Assembly: GCA_964587535.1 (NCBI GenBank)
Contig: CAZPMA010000003.1
Span: 1-59,487, forward strand
Length of the DNA: 59,487 bases
Source: an uncultured Bacteroidales bacterium
Lineage (GTDB): Bacteria > Bacteroidota > Bacteroidia > Bacteroidales > UBA12077
Direction of reading: 5' to 3'
In this document: piece by piece, positions 29,119-39,804 of the stretch
Position numbering within the stretch: the first letter of the stretch is position 1
Layout: every line of letters begins with the position of its first letter
Notes under the pieces: generated by a model
What the model was told of the DNA's origin: nothing
The model's database searches: none
What the model saw: the letters and a program-made list of their open reading frames with translations, nothing else
Program-made: the position numbers and the translations under genes

Positions 29119-31134
29119 CTAGAGTTTAATTTGTTTTTGGTCGTTACCTGCACTTTTTGATTCTAACTTAAAGGTAATAGAAGAAGACTTTGTTTTTATT
29201 AAATACTCAATCTTCTGATTACTCATTCCTTTAATGCTTAAAATTGGTGTTCTTTGTTTTCCTTCAAGAATTTCCATGTTAGCATCTTCTATTAATAACA
29301 CTGCAGGTACAGGACGCTCATTTCTATTACCCATTTCAACAGGGAAAGGTATGAATCTAACATTTTCAACCCAAACTTCAATTTTATAGATTCCTGACCC
29401 CAAATTTTCAGTTTTAACTTCTGCAATATTTAATTTTGGTGCCTTTTTTACAAGATCAAATATCCAGTTTAATTGAATATCAATATCTTTATCCACAGAA
29501 TCAATTAGTGGGGTCGTTTTCATATAAGGAACAAATCCACCAATTTCAACTTCACCTAGCGTTGGATGATTATATTTTTGCCACTCAACAAATCCTTTTC
29601 CCTGAAGAACATTATCACTGTACTCAAGCATTGCTAATTCTGTTTCATCAGATTTGCCATTATCTTTTTTACTACCACCCATTTTTTTCATCATTCCAGC
29701 CATTCTTTCAGGAGTAATTTGACCACCCTCAACCATTTTTATCACTTGCTCAGCACCAAATTGTGGAGGTGCATTATTTGCTTTTAGAAATTCAGCAATT
29801 TTTTCTTCGCCTAATGCAACAAATTCTTCAGAAGACATTTTCTCAAGCTTATCTATTGTTAATGCATCATCATCCGTTTTTTCTTCTTTCTTTTGTGGTT
29901 TTGGTATTGTAAAGAAATTCATGCTAAAACTTGGCACTCCATAGTGAAAGTACATCCATAATTCAAACGATCCGTCTTTTGCTGTTGCAGCATCTAATCT
30001 TTCTGTATTATACTTTTGTTCTTTTAGATATTCTTTATACTTATCAGCCAGTTCACTATATAAAGTAACATCTTCATCAACATGATTTACTACAGCACCT
30101 AAACCTAAGAAACTAGCTACCATATTTGATGTTAATGTCATACCAGCTGGAACCATTGGTTGAAATAATTCAATAATTTCTTCCATGGTATAGGTTTTAC
30201 TTCCATCAATATTAAAACGTTCAGCCATATCCTTTGGAATCTTAATATTAGAAAAATCGGCCGTACCTTTTCTTTCGGGCTTTGGAACATTTAAACAGTT
30301 ATTTGTTTCGCCAAATGTAAAGGCCATTGTGATTTCCGGATGTGCAAAAATAAAGGACATTAAGTTATAAGTCAACTCGTTACTTCCAGGCCAACGACCT
30401 GCAACTTTATTTTCAGGATTATGAAAAAATGGAAAATTAAATCCTGGATTTACTCCACCAACAGGATCTTCGTTATATTTTCCATCATTATCATTGTCTT
30501 TTCCTTCGGAATATATTTTAAAGATTCCCCTTTCTTCTTTTGCTTTATCAGCACGTTTCATCAAATGAGAGTTGTTTGGATCAATTATCCATTCTCCTTC
30601 GGGATGCTTAACACGCATTTTTGTAATATATCCATCTCCATTTAAATCTTCATATCCATCCTCGTCAGTTAAATCATCATTATCATCATTAATAGGCTCA
30701 AGATCTCTATTATTTTCATATTTAAACCCTTTAAAATATGAATTTAAGGCGTCAGCATTTAAAACAGGTAAAATATAAAATGTATTTGTTTTATATGCTT
30801 CAGAAGAAATAACTTTATCAATAAATTTTATCGAAGCATAAGATGATAATGGATTGTCACCGTCAGGGTTTGCCATTACAAAAATTGAAGGAATACTTTT
30901 GGTGTTAGATTTAACTTCTGTGCCAATTTCTATAAAACTTACACTGAGACCACCGTAGCTTTTCCCTAAATCATGGATCTTTACGATTCCTGAATTAGAT
31001 TTCTGAATTTCATTTAATTTCTTATTAATATCATTTGCATGGTAATAGGACTGAGCAAACATATTAAGCGCTAAAAACTGCATGCATAATGTTATACTCA
31101 CAATTTTTAAATAATACATAGTTTTTTTTAGCAT
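29119..31134 (-). CDS. Exported M14-like protein lacking zinc ligands (probable pseudo-peptidase)
   Basis: Collinear with its neighbour (LPVLNADA, DxNGDG insert, HPTLGEVEIGG) but ANPDGDN replaces HxxE and FTFGET replaces xFH. Confidence 0.78.
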   Translation of the reverse strand: MLKKTMYYLKIVSITLCMQFLALNMFAQSYYHANDINKKLNEIQKSNSGIVKIHDLGKSYGGLSVSFIEIGTEVKSNTKSIPSIFVMANPDGDNPLSSYASIKFIDKVISSEAYKTNTFYILPVLNADALNSYFKGFKYENNRDLEPINDDNDDLTDEDGYEDLNGDGYITKMRVKHPEGEWIIDPNNSHLMKRADKAKEERGIFKIYSEGKDNDNDGKYNEDPVGGVNPGFNFPFFHNPENKVAGRWPGSNELTYNLMSFIFAHPEITMAFTFGETNNCLNVPKPERKGTADFSNIKIPKDMAERFNIDGSKTYTMEEIIELFQPMVPAGMTLTSNMVASFLGLGAVVNHVDEDVTLYSELADKYKEYLKEQKYNTERLDAATAKDGSFELWMYFHYGVPSFSMNFFTIPKPQKKEEKTDDDALTIDKLEKMSSEEFVALGEEKIAEFLKANNAPPQFGAEQVIKMVEGGQITPERMAGMMKKMGGSKKDNGKSDETELAMLEYSDNVLQGKGFVEWQKYNHPTLGEVEIGGFVPYMKTTPLIDSVDKDIDIQLNWIFDLVKKAPKLNIAEVKTENLGSGIYKIEVWVENVRFIPFPVEMGNRNERPVPAVLLIEDANMEILEGKQRTPILSIKGMSNQKIEYLIKTKSSSITFKLESKSAGNDQKQIKL

Positions 31135-31667
31135 AATATTTTAGGTTAAATTTTATAAGTAAATTTAAGTGATTATTTGACTATCATTTTTTTGTAAAGT
31201 TTAAAAGTAAATAATGTCTATACAATAAGTTGAAAAATGGTTTTTTTCTTACATCGTTTTATTGAAAAAAACGCTATGTAACAAATTTTATGTACAAACG
31301 TCATAGTAATGAATGCTGCTCAATTAAAATAATGATAATTAGTCATTATCAGTTACTCTGTTCGCATAAAAAGTTGGGCAGCATTTACTACTTTTATTTA
31401 GTATATTTGATTTATTAATTTAATCAAATATGAATATAAATAAATTATTCAATATAATTATTATCAGCACAATATTAATTAGCTCTTGTAATTTTTCCCA
31501 AAAACCGAAATCAAAATCGTTATCTAAAACGGCTAATTCAACTTGAAATGTATATTTTGGCACGAATGTTTGATCTGATATGTAAAACATAAATTATTGA
31601 TTGGTGGAGCCAATAAAATACCATTTAACCATAAAAATAAAATAGGTCTCATCTTAATTAGGTTTTA

Positions 31668-34082
31668 TTATTCGTAACGTAAAGTGTGTGCAGGGTTTAA
31701 TCTTGCTGTTTTATATACTCTATAAACTATAATTGACATTGCAATAATTAGAGATAATAATCCTGATAAAATATAAATCCCCCAATTCGTATCAATATGA
31801 CGCGAATAACTTTCTAACCAGTTATTTGTAAAATAATAAGTTATAGGCCAAGCAATTAAATTAGCGATAGCCAGTAAAATTAAAAACTCTTTAGCCATTA
31901 ATAAAATGATAGCACTAATAGAAGAACCTAAGGCTTTACGAATACCAATTTCTTTTGTACGTTGTTCAGCTAAAAATGATGTTAATCCAACTAATCCCAT
32001 ACTAGCAATTATTATTGCTAATATGGTTAACATAACAGAAAAGCGTCCAAACTTTAATTCATCTTTATATAAGTCATCCAATTGTTGATTAAAAAAACTA
32101 TATTCAAATGGTCGTGTTGGCACAAACTCTGTCCAAGTATTGTTAATATGATTTAAGACTTCCTTATAATTATTTGAACTAAAACGAATCGAAATAACCC
32201 GAACGTCAAACACAGGACGTCTGGGCATATCTAAAATAAACTTATTTACAGGCCTGTGTAAGGACATTGCATTAAAATCCTTATAAACTCCAATGACACT
32301 TTCGTCGCCATCGCGAGATATTATTCTTTTACCGATAGCTTCTTCATTTGTCCATCCTAAATCACGGGCCATCGTTTCGTTTATCATAACAGCATTTATG
32401 GTATCACCAGGAAAATCACGTGAAAAAGCCCTTCCTTCAGCAACTTTAATTCCAAAAGTTTCAACAAAATCCCAATCTACCAAAAATGCAGGAATATAAA
32501 ACCTTTGTCCGGGAGTTAATCCTTCAATTTCAAAATCTCGGGTATTATGATTAATTCCAAGATAATCTTCTGCTCCTGTGACATAATCAATGTCTTTATG
32601 ACTTAACAACTCTTGTTTAAAGGCTTCATAGTTTCTAAACAAAGGACCCGTCATTTCAATATTAATAATCTTATCCTTTACAAAACCCAATTCTGCATTT
32701 CTTAAGTATTTTAACTGTGCAAATACAACAAGACTTCCAATTATTAGACTAATAGAAATTGAAAACTGAACTAATACTAATATTTTACGGGCACTTCCTG
32801 ATTTCGAACCTGATCTTAAACTTCCTTTAAGTACTTTCAAAGGTTTAAAAGAAGATAATATAAAAGCAGGATATGCTCCGGATATTAATCCAACAATAAA
32901 AGCTATAAGTACTATAAAACCGATTATCTTTAGTTCTATTAAAAATGAGTTAGTAATTACTTTTCCTGTGAAATTATCAAATGCTGGTAAAAGAAGTTCA
33001 ACAACAATAAGCGCAATAAGCATTGCTGCAAATGTTTGAATAACTGCTTCGCTCAAAAACTGAATAACAAGCTTTCTTTTTTGACTCCCAAACACTTTTT
33101 TTATGCCTATTTCTTTTGCTCTGCCTGCAGAACTTGCTGTTGCCAAATTCATAAAGTTTATGCATGCTAGTGCTAAAATTATTACAGCAACAATTGACAA
33201 AATATATACATATACAATATTACTGTTGGGGTGCATTTCATATACATGATGAGATTTAAGGTGAATATCTTCTATTGATTGCAGGTACAATGTTACATCT
33301 GAATCCTTTAAGTCATTATAATGATTTTCGTAGAATTCCGGAAATTTCTCATTTAACATTTCAGGATCTAAACCATCATAAAGCTCAACATATGTCCAAC
33401 ATGGATTCCAAATCCATGTTTGGGGAAATTGTCGGTTTGGGAAAAAGTTACGAAAAGTATTTAATGATCCTAGTATATCAATTTTAAAGTGTGATTGCGA
33501 TGGTAAGTCTTCTATTACACCTGTAATTTCAAAATCAATACCTTCTTCAAACCTTAAAACTTTTCCCATTGCAGGCTCATCGCCAAAATATTTTCTGGCT
33601 GTTGATTCTGTTAATACAATTGTGTTTGGCCTATCTAATGCGTTTTTAGGATTACCTTCAACAAAAGGAAAATTAAACACATCAAATACAGTAGAATCTA
33701 CAAACATAAAATGTGGTTCGTTAAAACGAATTACTTCATCATCACTTTTGCGATAATCAAAAAACCATTTATTCCTGAACTGATTAAAGAAACGAACCTG
33801 ATTCTTTACTATTCCAGGGTAATCTAACATTAATGTTGGTCCGCATGGAAATGAAACTGTTGCAGCATCCTCATCAACATCATTATTATTATACAATCTA
33901 TTTACGCGATAAATATTTTCAGAATTCTCAAAAAATTTATCATATTGTAACTCATCTTCAATATACAACACTATAAATATAAAACTGGCCAATCCTATAG
34001 CTAATCCACCAATATTGATTATTGAATAATTCCAGTATTTTAGAATATTTCGAAGTGCAATTTTTATATTATGTCTAAACAT
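31668..34082 (-). CDS. MacB/FtsX-type ABC permease
   Basis: NFMNLATASSAGRAKEIGIKK, EQRTKEIGIRKALG, LNPAHTLRYE. Confidence 0.93.
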   Translation of the reverse strand: MFRHNIKIALRNILKYWNYSIINIGGLAIGLASFIFIVLYIEDELQYDKFFENSENIYRVNRLYNNNDVDEDAATVSFPCGPTLMLDYPGIVKNQVRFFNQFRNKWFFDYRKSDDEVIRFNEPHFMFVDSTVFDVFNFPFVEGNPKNALDRPNTIVLTESTARKYFGDEPAMGKVLRFEEGIDFEITGVIEDLPSQSHFKIDILGSLNTFRNFFPNRQFPQTWIWNPCWTYVELYDGLDPEMLNEKFPEFYENHYNDLKDSDVTLYLQSIEDIHLKSHHVYEMHPNSNIVYVYILSIVAVIILALACINFMNLATASSAGRAKEIGIKKVFGSQKRKLVIQFLSEAVIQTFAAMLIALIVVELLLPAFDNFTGKVITNSFLIELKIIGFIVLIAFIVGLISGAYPAFILSSFKPLKVLKGSLRSGSKSGSARKILVLVQFSISISLIIGSLVVFAQLKYLRNAELGFVKDKIINIEMTGPLFRNYEAFKQELLSHKDIDYVTGAEDYLGINHNTRDFEIEGLTPGQRFYIPAFLVDWDFVETFGIKVAEGRAFSRDFPGDTINAVMINETMARDLGWTNEEAIGKRIISRDGDESVIGVYKDFNAMSLHRPVNKFILDMPRRPVFDVRVISIRFSSNNYKEVLNHINNTWTEFVPTRPFEYSFFNQQLDDLYKDELKFGRFSVMLTILAIIIASMGLVGLTSFLAEQRTKEIGIRKALGSSISAIILLMAKEFLILLAIANLIAWPITYYFTNNWLESYSRHIDTNWGIYILSGLLSLIIAMSIIVYRVYKTARLNPAHTLRYE

Positions 34083-34108
34083 GTTATTCGGGTTATTTAT
34101 TTCATATG

Positions 34109-34124
34109 TTCAAATGTCATTCCA
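34109..34124 (-). promoter_or_regulatory. sigma54-like -24/-12 promoter
   Basis: Minus strand TGGAAT-GACAT-TTGAA, 26 nt upstream of the ATG. Confidence 0.5.
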
Positions 34125-34180
34125 AATACTTTATATTATTGATTTTCTATATTTTAACCCAAATTATCTAATAATAAAAG

Positions 34181-34216
34181 CGTTCGTATTTGCACACAAT
34201 TGTGCTTATTCGAACG
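34181..34216. promoter_or_regulatory. Tandem candidate bEBP enhancer sites
   Basis: CGTTCG-TATT-TGCACA (34181) and TGTGCT-TATT-CGAACG (34201), 20-bp spacing. Confidence 0.6.
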
Positions 34217-34241
34217 CCTTTTATATACGTGATTTCTAGTT

Positions 34242-36620
34242 CTATTCGTATCTTAAACTATCAACCGGATTTTTTATTGAAGCAAGTATTGATTGATAAA
34301 TTACAGTTAACAATGATAGTGCAAAAGCCATTACTCCGGCCAGAATAAATACCCAAATGGTTATTTTATACTGATATGGATAATTTGCAAGCCATTTATT
34401 CATAAAATAATATGAAAATGGCCATGCTATTATATTTGCAATTAAGACCCACTTTGTCATTTCTTTAGCTAACATTATTATAATATTACTTATAGGAGCT
34501 CCCATAGCTTTTCTTATTCCAATTTCTTTTGTTTTTTTCTGAGCAGAAAATGCAGCTAATCCAAATAATCCAAGACAAGAAATAAGTATTGCAAAAATTG
34601 TAAATGCTCTCATAATATCCCCAATACGCTCTTCCGACTTGTAAAGTTTTTCGTATCCATCATCCAAGAATCCGTAATCAAATACAAAACCAGGATTGTA
34701 TTCTGCGAAAACCGACTCTATATCCTTTACCGTTTCGCTTATTTCATTACCCGAAATCCTGATAAAAATATATCTGTAATAATCAGGGACATTAATTAAT
34801 AGCAAAGGCATCATTTCCTGATCGGCTGGTAAAAAATGGAAATCATCCATTACCCCAATGATTGGATATTTTGTTTCGTCGCCCCGTGTTAAAAATTTTT
34901 CTGTAATTCCTTCTGTTCCAATAATATCAGCAAATGTTTTATTAATAACAACATTTAAATTTCCATATATACTCCTTGCTGTATCAGAAGCAAATTCTTC
35001 AGTGAAATACCTACCATCAAACATACCAATTTCAAAAGTTTTAGGAAAATCATAATCGGCAAACATAAGACCAACCAAAGGACTAATACTCGGATCTTTA
35101 CCTTCCCACTCCCATCCACCACCATTGCTACCAACAGTATAAGGATCATGATGTGAAGTGCGGCACATACTTTGAATGTTAGGGTTACTAAGTAAATCGT
35201 TCTTGATAAAGTTGTATCTATCCATCATTTTACCTTGGATGGGCACATAAATCATGTTTTCTTTATTAAACCCTAACTCTTTGGTCTTTAAAAAATCTAA
35301 CTGATTGTTTACTATTAATGTGCTAATTATCAGGCCAATTGATAATGAAAACTGAATTACTACTAATATTTTTCGGAATATGCCCCCTCTTGAACTATTT
35401 CCTTTGGATCCTTTTAAAGTACTAACAACCTTGAATGATGATAACACAAACGCCGGATATAAACCAGCCATAAAACTGGTAAAAATCCAAATTACTAAAA
35501 TACTGGTCAGAATGGTTATATCTGAATAATTCATTATTAACTCTTTACCAGCCATGTTATTAAATGCTGGTAGAAATAATCTCACTAAAATCAACGAAAA
35601 GTTCATTGCCAGAAAAGTGAAAATAAATGATTCACTCAAAAACTGGAGTATAAGTTTTCTTTTAGATGCGCTTAATACCTTTCTTACTGCAATTTCTTTT
35701 GCTCTGTTTTCGGCCCTCGCCGTGGCTAAGTTTGTATAATTAAAACAAGCTATAAGAAGAATGAATATGGCAATTATCCCAAATATACGAACAGTCTCAA
35801 TCTTACCACCGCCTTTTACATCGTATAAATGTAACCGTTTTAAAGGGTTTAAAAAGACGGTAGTTTTAATTGGGTTATCTACTGGTCTATCTCTAACTTC
35901 TTCTAAATAATCAGATATTTTTTCATTGAAAACTAAATAATCTACTTCGGGTTTTAAAAGTACAAATGTAACACACCAGTTACTATACCAATTATCTAAA
36001 TCCTGCCCAAAATCTTTTAACTTCTCGAATGGTATTAATAAATCAAATCGATTATTAATGTTTTTAGGAAAATCTTTAAATACACCTTGCACAATAAATG
36101 GCTCCTTATCATCAACTATTAATGTTTTACCTATAGCGCTTTCATCTCCAAAATATTGTTTTGCAATAGTTTCTGAAATTATCATAGTATTGATTCCACT
36201 TGCATAATCATTTTTAGTGCCTTCAATAAATTCTATGGTGTAAATATCTAATAACGAAGGGTCTCCTGCCGCTACGGTTTGCGTAAACTTCTTTTCGCCA
36301 TAATTCACCAAGCCTGTATAAGCCCTGGTATATCTGGCTGAAACTTCAACTTCAGGATATCTTTCCTTAAATGCTTTCGCTAAAGGTCCAGGATTTACCC
36401 ATACGTGATAATCTTCACCACTATAATTCTGAAAATGATTAACCATATGTATACGATCCAGGTTTTTATGATATTTGTTAAACTCTACTTCATCTTTAAT
36501 CCATAAATAAAGAAGAATGGTACATGCTATGCCAAAGGCTAGGCCAACAATGTTAAGGAAGGAAAATAGTTTACTTCTTAACATGATTCTTATCGACAAT
36601 ATAAAATTTTTTAGAAACAT
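34242..36620 (-). CDS. MacB/FtsX-type ABC permease
   Basis: NYTNLATARAENRAKEIAVRK, QKKTKEIGIRKAMG, KNPVDSLRYE. Confidence 0.93.
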   Translation of the reverse strand: MFLKNFILSIRIMLRSKLFSFLNIVGLAFGIACTILLYLWIKDEVEFNKYHKNLDRIHMVNHFQNYSGEDYHVWVNPGPLAKAFKERYPEVEVSARYTRAYTGLVNYGEKKFTQTVAAGDPSLLDIYTIEFIEGTKNDYASGINTMIISETIAKQYFGDESAIGKTLIVDDKEPFIVQGVFKDFPKNINNRFDLLIPFEKLKDFGQDLDNWYSNWCVTFVLLKPEVDYLVFNEKISDYLEEVRDRPVDNPIKTTVFLNPLKRLHLYDVKGGGKIETVRIFGIIAIFILLIACFNYTNLATARAENRAKEIAVRKVLSASKRKLILQFLSESFIFTFLAMNFSLILVRLFLPAFNNMAGKELIMNYSDITILTSILVIWIFTSFMAGLYPAFVLSSFKVVSTLKGSKGNSSRGGIFRKILVVIQFSLSIGLIISTLIVNNQLDFLKTKELGFNKENMIYVPIQGKMMDRYNFIKNDLLSNPNIQSMCRTSHHDPYTVGSNGGGWEWEGKDPSISPLVGLMFADYDFPKTFEIGMFDGRYFTEEFASDTARSIYGNLNVVINKTFADIIGTEGITEKFLTRGDETKYPIIGVMDDFHFLPADQEMMPLLLINVPDYYRYIFIRISGNEISETVKDIESVFAEYNPGFVFDYGFLDDGYEKLYKSEERIGDIMRAFTIFAILISCLGLFGLAAFSAQKKTKEIGIRKAMGAPISNIIIMLAKEMTKWVLIANIIAWPFSYYFMNKWLANYPYQYKITIWVFILAGVMAFALSLLTVIYQSILASIKNPVDSLRYE

Positions 36621-36651
36621 AACTTTGAATTTTTAGGTTTTATTACATTTA

Positions 36652-36667
36652 AACCAAACTTGTGCCA
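36652..36667 (-). promoter_or_regulatory. sigma54-like -24/-12 promoter
   Basis: Minus strand TGGCAC-AAGTT-TGGTT, 31 nt upstream of the ATG. Confidence 0.55.
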
Positions 36668-36824
36668 ATTTTACAATTATCTCTTTATCTGTACCTTATG
36701 TGTCATTGCTAAAATTAGCATAATTTAATTGCTTCAAAAACACACACGCAATGTCTCAAAATCATACAATTTATTTTGATTTAAATTAATTACGTACTAA
36801 ATTTGATTGTAAGATATTAAAAAT

Positions 36825-38192
36825 ATGAGTAAAGAAGGACATATATTAATAATTGATGACAACCAAAGTGTTTTAGACTCCATAAGTTTATTTTTAAAAT
36901 ATAAATTTCTGGAAGTAAGCACGTTAAATAATCCAAACCAAATAATCAATAAAGTTAGAACAATTGATTTTGATGTTATTTTGCTGGATATGAATTTTTC
37001 GGCTGGAATAAATACAGGGAATGAAGGTATTTACTGGTTAAATGAAATAAAAAAAATAAAAAAAGATTTACCGGTAGTAATGATAACAGCTTATGGCGAT
37101 TCTGAACTTGCTGTAAAAGCAATAAAAACCGGAGCTTTTGATTTTATTGAAAAACCATGGAGTAATGAAAAATTGCTTGCTACTTTAAAGGCAGCACTAG
37201 AACAGACTAAATCAAATAAAAAAATTCAAAAGTTAGAAAACGAAAAAAAAGCATTAACACAAAATACGAAAAAGGAAACAACAATTATTTATGAGTCTGA
37301 GCAAATAAGAGATGTAATGAAAACCATTGCAAAGCTTGCAAAAACAGATGCAAATGTTTTGATATTGGGAGAAAACGGAACAGGAAAAGAATTAATTGCT
37401 CAAAAAATTCATGAACTTTCAAATAGAACAAATGAAATATTTTTAAGTGTCGATATGGCCTCGCTAAATGAAAATTTGTTTGAGAGTGAACTATTCGGAC
37501 ATAAAAAAGGTGCTTTTACTGATGCTAAAGAAGATCGTATTGGAAAATTTGAAGCAGCAAATAAAGGAACATTATTTTTAGATGAAATTGGAAATCTTTC
37601 CTATTTAATGCAAGCTAAACTACTTACTGCCCTTCAAAAAAGGGAAATCACCAAAATGGGAACAAATGAATCAATTCCTGTTGATATTAGATTGATTTCA
37701 GCAACCAATAAAGATCTACAAAGTCTTATTTCAGAAGATCTGTTTCGTGAGGATCTTTTATATAGAATAAATACTGTTCAAATTTTAATTCCCCCGCTTA
37801 GAGAAAGAAAAAATGATATCATCCCCTTAACCAACTACTATTTAGAATTAATTTCAAACAAGTACAATAAACCAGGATTAAAGATAAATAACAAAGCCAT
37901 TGACAAGTTATTAAACTATAAATGGCCTGGAAATATAAGAGAATTAAAGCACTCTATTGAAAAGGCTGTAATTTTATCTGAATCAAATACTCTATCAGAA
38001 AATGATTTCCTTTTTGAAAAGCATGGTGATAAAGAAAACAACCTAAATGAACCAATATCATTAGAAGAAGGAGAAAAAATAATAATAAAATCAGCCTTAG
38101 AAAGAAATAATTGGAATATTAGTGAAACAGCAAAAGAATTAAAGGTTGGAAGACAAACACTTTATCGCAAAATTGAAAAATATGATATTTAA
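36825..38192 (+). CDS. Sigma54-dependent (NtrC-family) response regulator, paralog of 1114..2487
   Basis: LLDMNFSAGINTGNEG shared with the first copy; GENGTGKE, GAFTDA, LFLDEIG, HTH. Confidence 0.95.
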   Translation: MSKEGHILIIDDNQSVLDSISLFLKYKFLEVSTLNNPNQIINKVRTIDFDVILLDMNFSAGINTGNEGIYWLNEIKKIKKDLPVVMITAYGDSELAVKAIKTGAFDFIEKPWSNEKLLATLKAALEQTKSNKKIQKLENEKKALTQNTKKETTIIYESEQIRDVMKTIAKLAKTDANVLILGENGTGKELIAQKIHELSNRTNEIFLSVDMASLNENLFESELFGHKKGAFTDAKEDRIGKFEAANKGTLFLDEIGNLSYLMQAKLLTALQKREITKMGTNESIPVDIRLISATNKDLQSLISEDLFREDLLYRINTVQILIPPLRERKNDIIPLTNYYLELISNKYNKPGLKINNKAIDKLLNYKWPGNIRELKHSIEKAVILSESNTLSENDFLFEKHGDKENNLNEPISLEEGEKIIIKSALERNNWNISETAKELKVGRQTLYRKIEKYDI

Positions 38193-39537
38193 AAATTTGT
38201 ATTTCAATATAATCTTTCGAACAGCTTTAATTATTGGCAGTTGCTTTTTATTGGTTCTGGCTCATAATAAATATAATGATATTATTATTGATGCCAATTT
38301 AGTTGCTTTCATCATTATTCAGGTGGCACTCTTTATAAGAAAAATGAATTATACCAACAGGAATTTAATTGCATTTTTTGATTCATTAAAATATGATGAC
38401 TCTGCTGTAGTTATAAATGAAGATTTTTACAATCAGGACTTTTTAAGGTTAAGTAAAAGATTTCAAAAGGTAAACATACAAATACTAAAACTTAAGGAAC
38501 AAAATATCCAACAAGATATATATTTTAAAACAGTTACCGAACATGCATCAGTAGGCTTATTTGGTTTTAATCAATCTGGAAAAGTTAAACTATGTAATAA
38601 AGCTTTTAAGGAATTATTAAGTATTGAAAATATTTCGAATGTAAATCAACTTAAAAAGATTAATATTGATTTAGAAGACTTATTATTAAAAATAAAACCT
38701 TCAGAACAACAACTTTTTAAGATAAATGTGAACAACAAAATAGTTCAACTTTCTATTCGCGCTACAGAATTTAAAACTAAAGAAGAAAAAATTAAGCTTT
38801 TATCACTGCAGGATATTAAAACTGAATTGGATGAAAAAGAACTGGAATCATGGCAAAAAATGACTCAAATTTTAAGACATGAAATTATGAATTCATTAGG
38901 CCCAATATCATCAACTATAGATACCTTAAATGAAATAATAACTAATCCTGAAAGTAAAGAAGCTATTGGAATAGATAAGCTTAACGATGAGGTAATAAAG
39001 GATATAGCATCTGGTTTAAAAATCGTTCAGGAAAGAAACTATGGAATTCAGAACTTCATTGATAAATTCAGATCTATTTCAAAGATTCCGAAACCAAATC
39101 TCACTAATATTGACATAAAAGATCTAATAGTTGATATTGAGAAATTATGGGCAAAAAAATTTAAACAAAACAATATAACATTTAAAACAAATATTGATGC
39201 TGATATAAAAACAATATTGGCCGATAAAGCACAATTAGAACAAGTTCTTATCAACCTTTTAAAAAATGCTATTGAAGCTTTAAGCGAAACTGAAAATCCT
39301 CAAATAAGTATAAAAGTTTTATACAACCTGTCAAATAAATGTGCAATTCAGGTAATTAATAATGGACCACGTATTGAGAATGAAATTCTAGATACAATAT
39401 TCTTTCCTTTTTTTACAACAAAACAAGATGGTTCTGGAATTGGGTTAAGTTTATCGCAACAAATAATGCGACTGCATGGGGGGATTATTTCAGTACAATC
39501 AAATGAATCGGAAACAATTTTTAATTTACAGTTTTAA
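38182..39537 (+). CDS. Sensor histidine kinase, paralog of 2474..3823
   Basis: H-box LRHEIMNS, NLLKNA, GSGIGLSLS; start set at MIFKNLY (38182) by analogy to the first pair. Confidence 0.92.
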   Translation: MIFKNLYFNIIFRTALIIGSCFLLVLAHNKYNDIIIDANLVAFIIIQVALFIRKMNYTNRNLIAFFDSLKYDDSAVVINEDFYNQDFLRLSKRFQKVNIQILKLKEQNIQQDIYFKTVTEHASVGLFGFNQSGKVKLCNKAFKELLSIENISNVNQLKKINIDLEDLLLKIKPSEQQLFKINVNNKIVQLSIRATEFKTKEEKIKLLSLQDIKTELDEKELESWQKMTQILRHEIMNSLGPISSTIDTLNEIITNPESKEAIGIDKLNDEVIKDIASGLKIVQERNYGIQNFIDKFRSISKIPKPNLTNIDIKDLIVDIEKLWAKKFKQNNITFKTNIDADIKTILADKAQLEQVLINLLKNAIEALSETENPQISIKVLYNLSNKCAIQVINNGPRIENEILDTIFFPFFTTKQDGSGIGLSLSQQIMRLHGGIISVQSNESETIFNLQF

Positions 39538-39539
39538 AT

Positions 39540-39740
39540 CTAAATAAGGCTGGAAACAGGTCCATTCCATGAGCATCCTAAACAATATATGATTTCAATA
39601 TTAAAATCATTTAAATCCAAACTTGAATCCTTAGGCACTATCTTTCCTTCTTTAGAAATTTTTATTAATAATCTATTTCCCAAACTATCTTTCAAATAAA
39701 AGTTTGCAATCCCACATTGTGGGCATGTTTTATGTTTCAT
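39540..39740 (-). CDS. Small zinc-ribbon protein (66 aa)
   Basis: MKHKTCPQCG...IYCLGCSWNG, two CxxC pairs; start moved to 39740 because the longer track ORF runs through a terminator. Confidence 0.7.
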   Translation of the reverse strand: MKHKTCPQCGIANFYLKDSLGNRLLIKISKEGKIVPKDSSLDLNDFNIEIIYCLGCSWNGPVSSLI

Positions 39741-39763
39741 TTTTGATGTAAAAATAAAAAAAA

Positions 39764-39783
39764 GAGTGGCACAACTGCCACTC
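39764..39783 (-). terminator. Intrinsic terminator of the upstream permease
   Basis: gagtggca-caac-tgccactc preceded by an A run. Confidence 0.75.
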
Positions 39784-39804
39784 CATAACATAAATAATTA
39801 AATA

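Noticed and set aside
31558-31574. TGGCACGAATGTTTGA on the plus strand, sigma54-like
   Set aside because: Spacing is one base too long (GG-N11-GA) and no credible plus-strand ORF follows
39767-39772. TGGCAC hexamer
   Set aside because: Forms the stem of an intrinsic terminator; no -12 element
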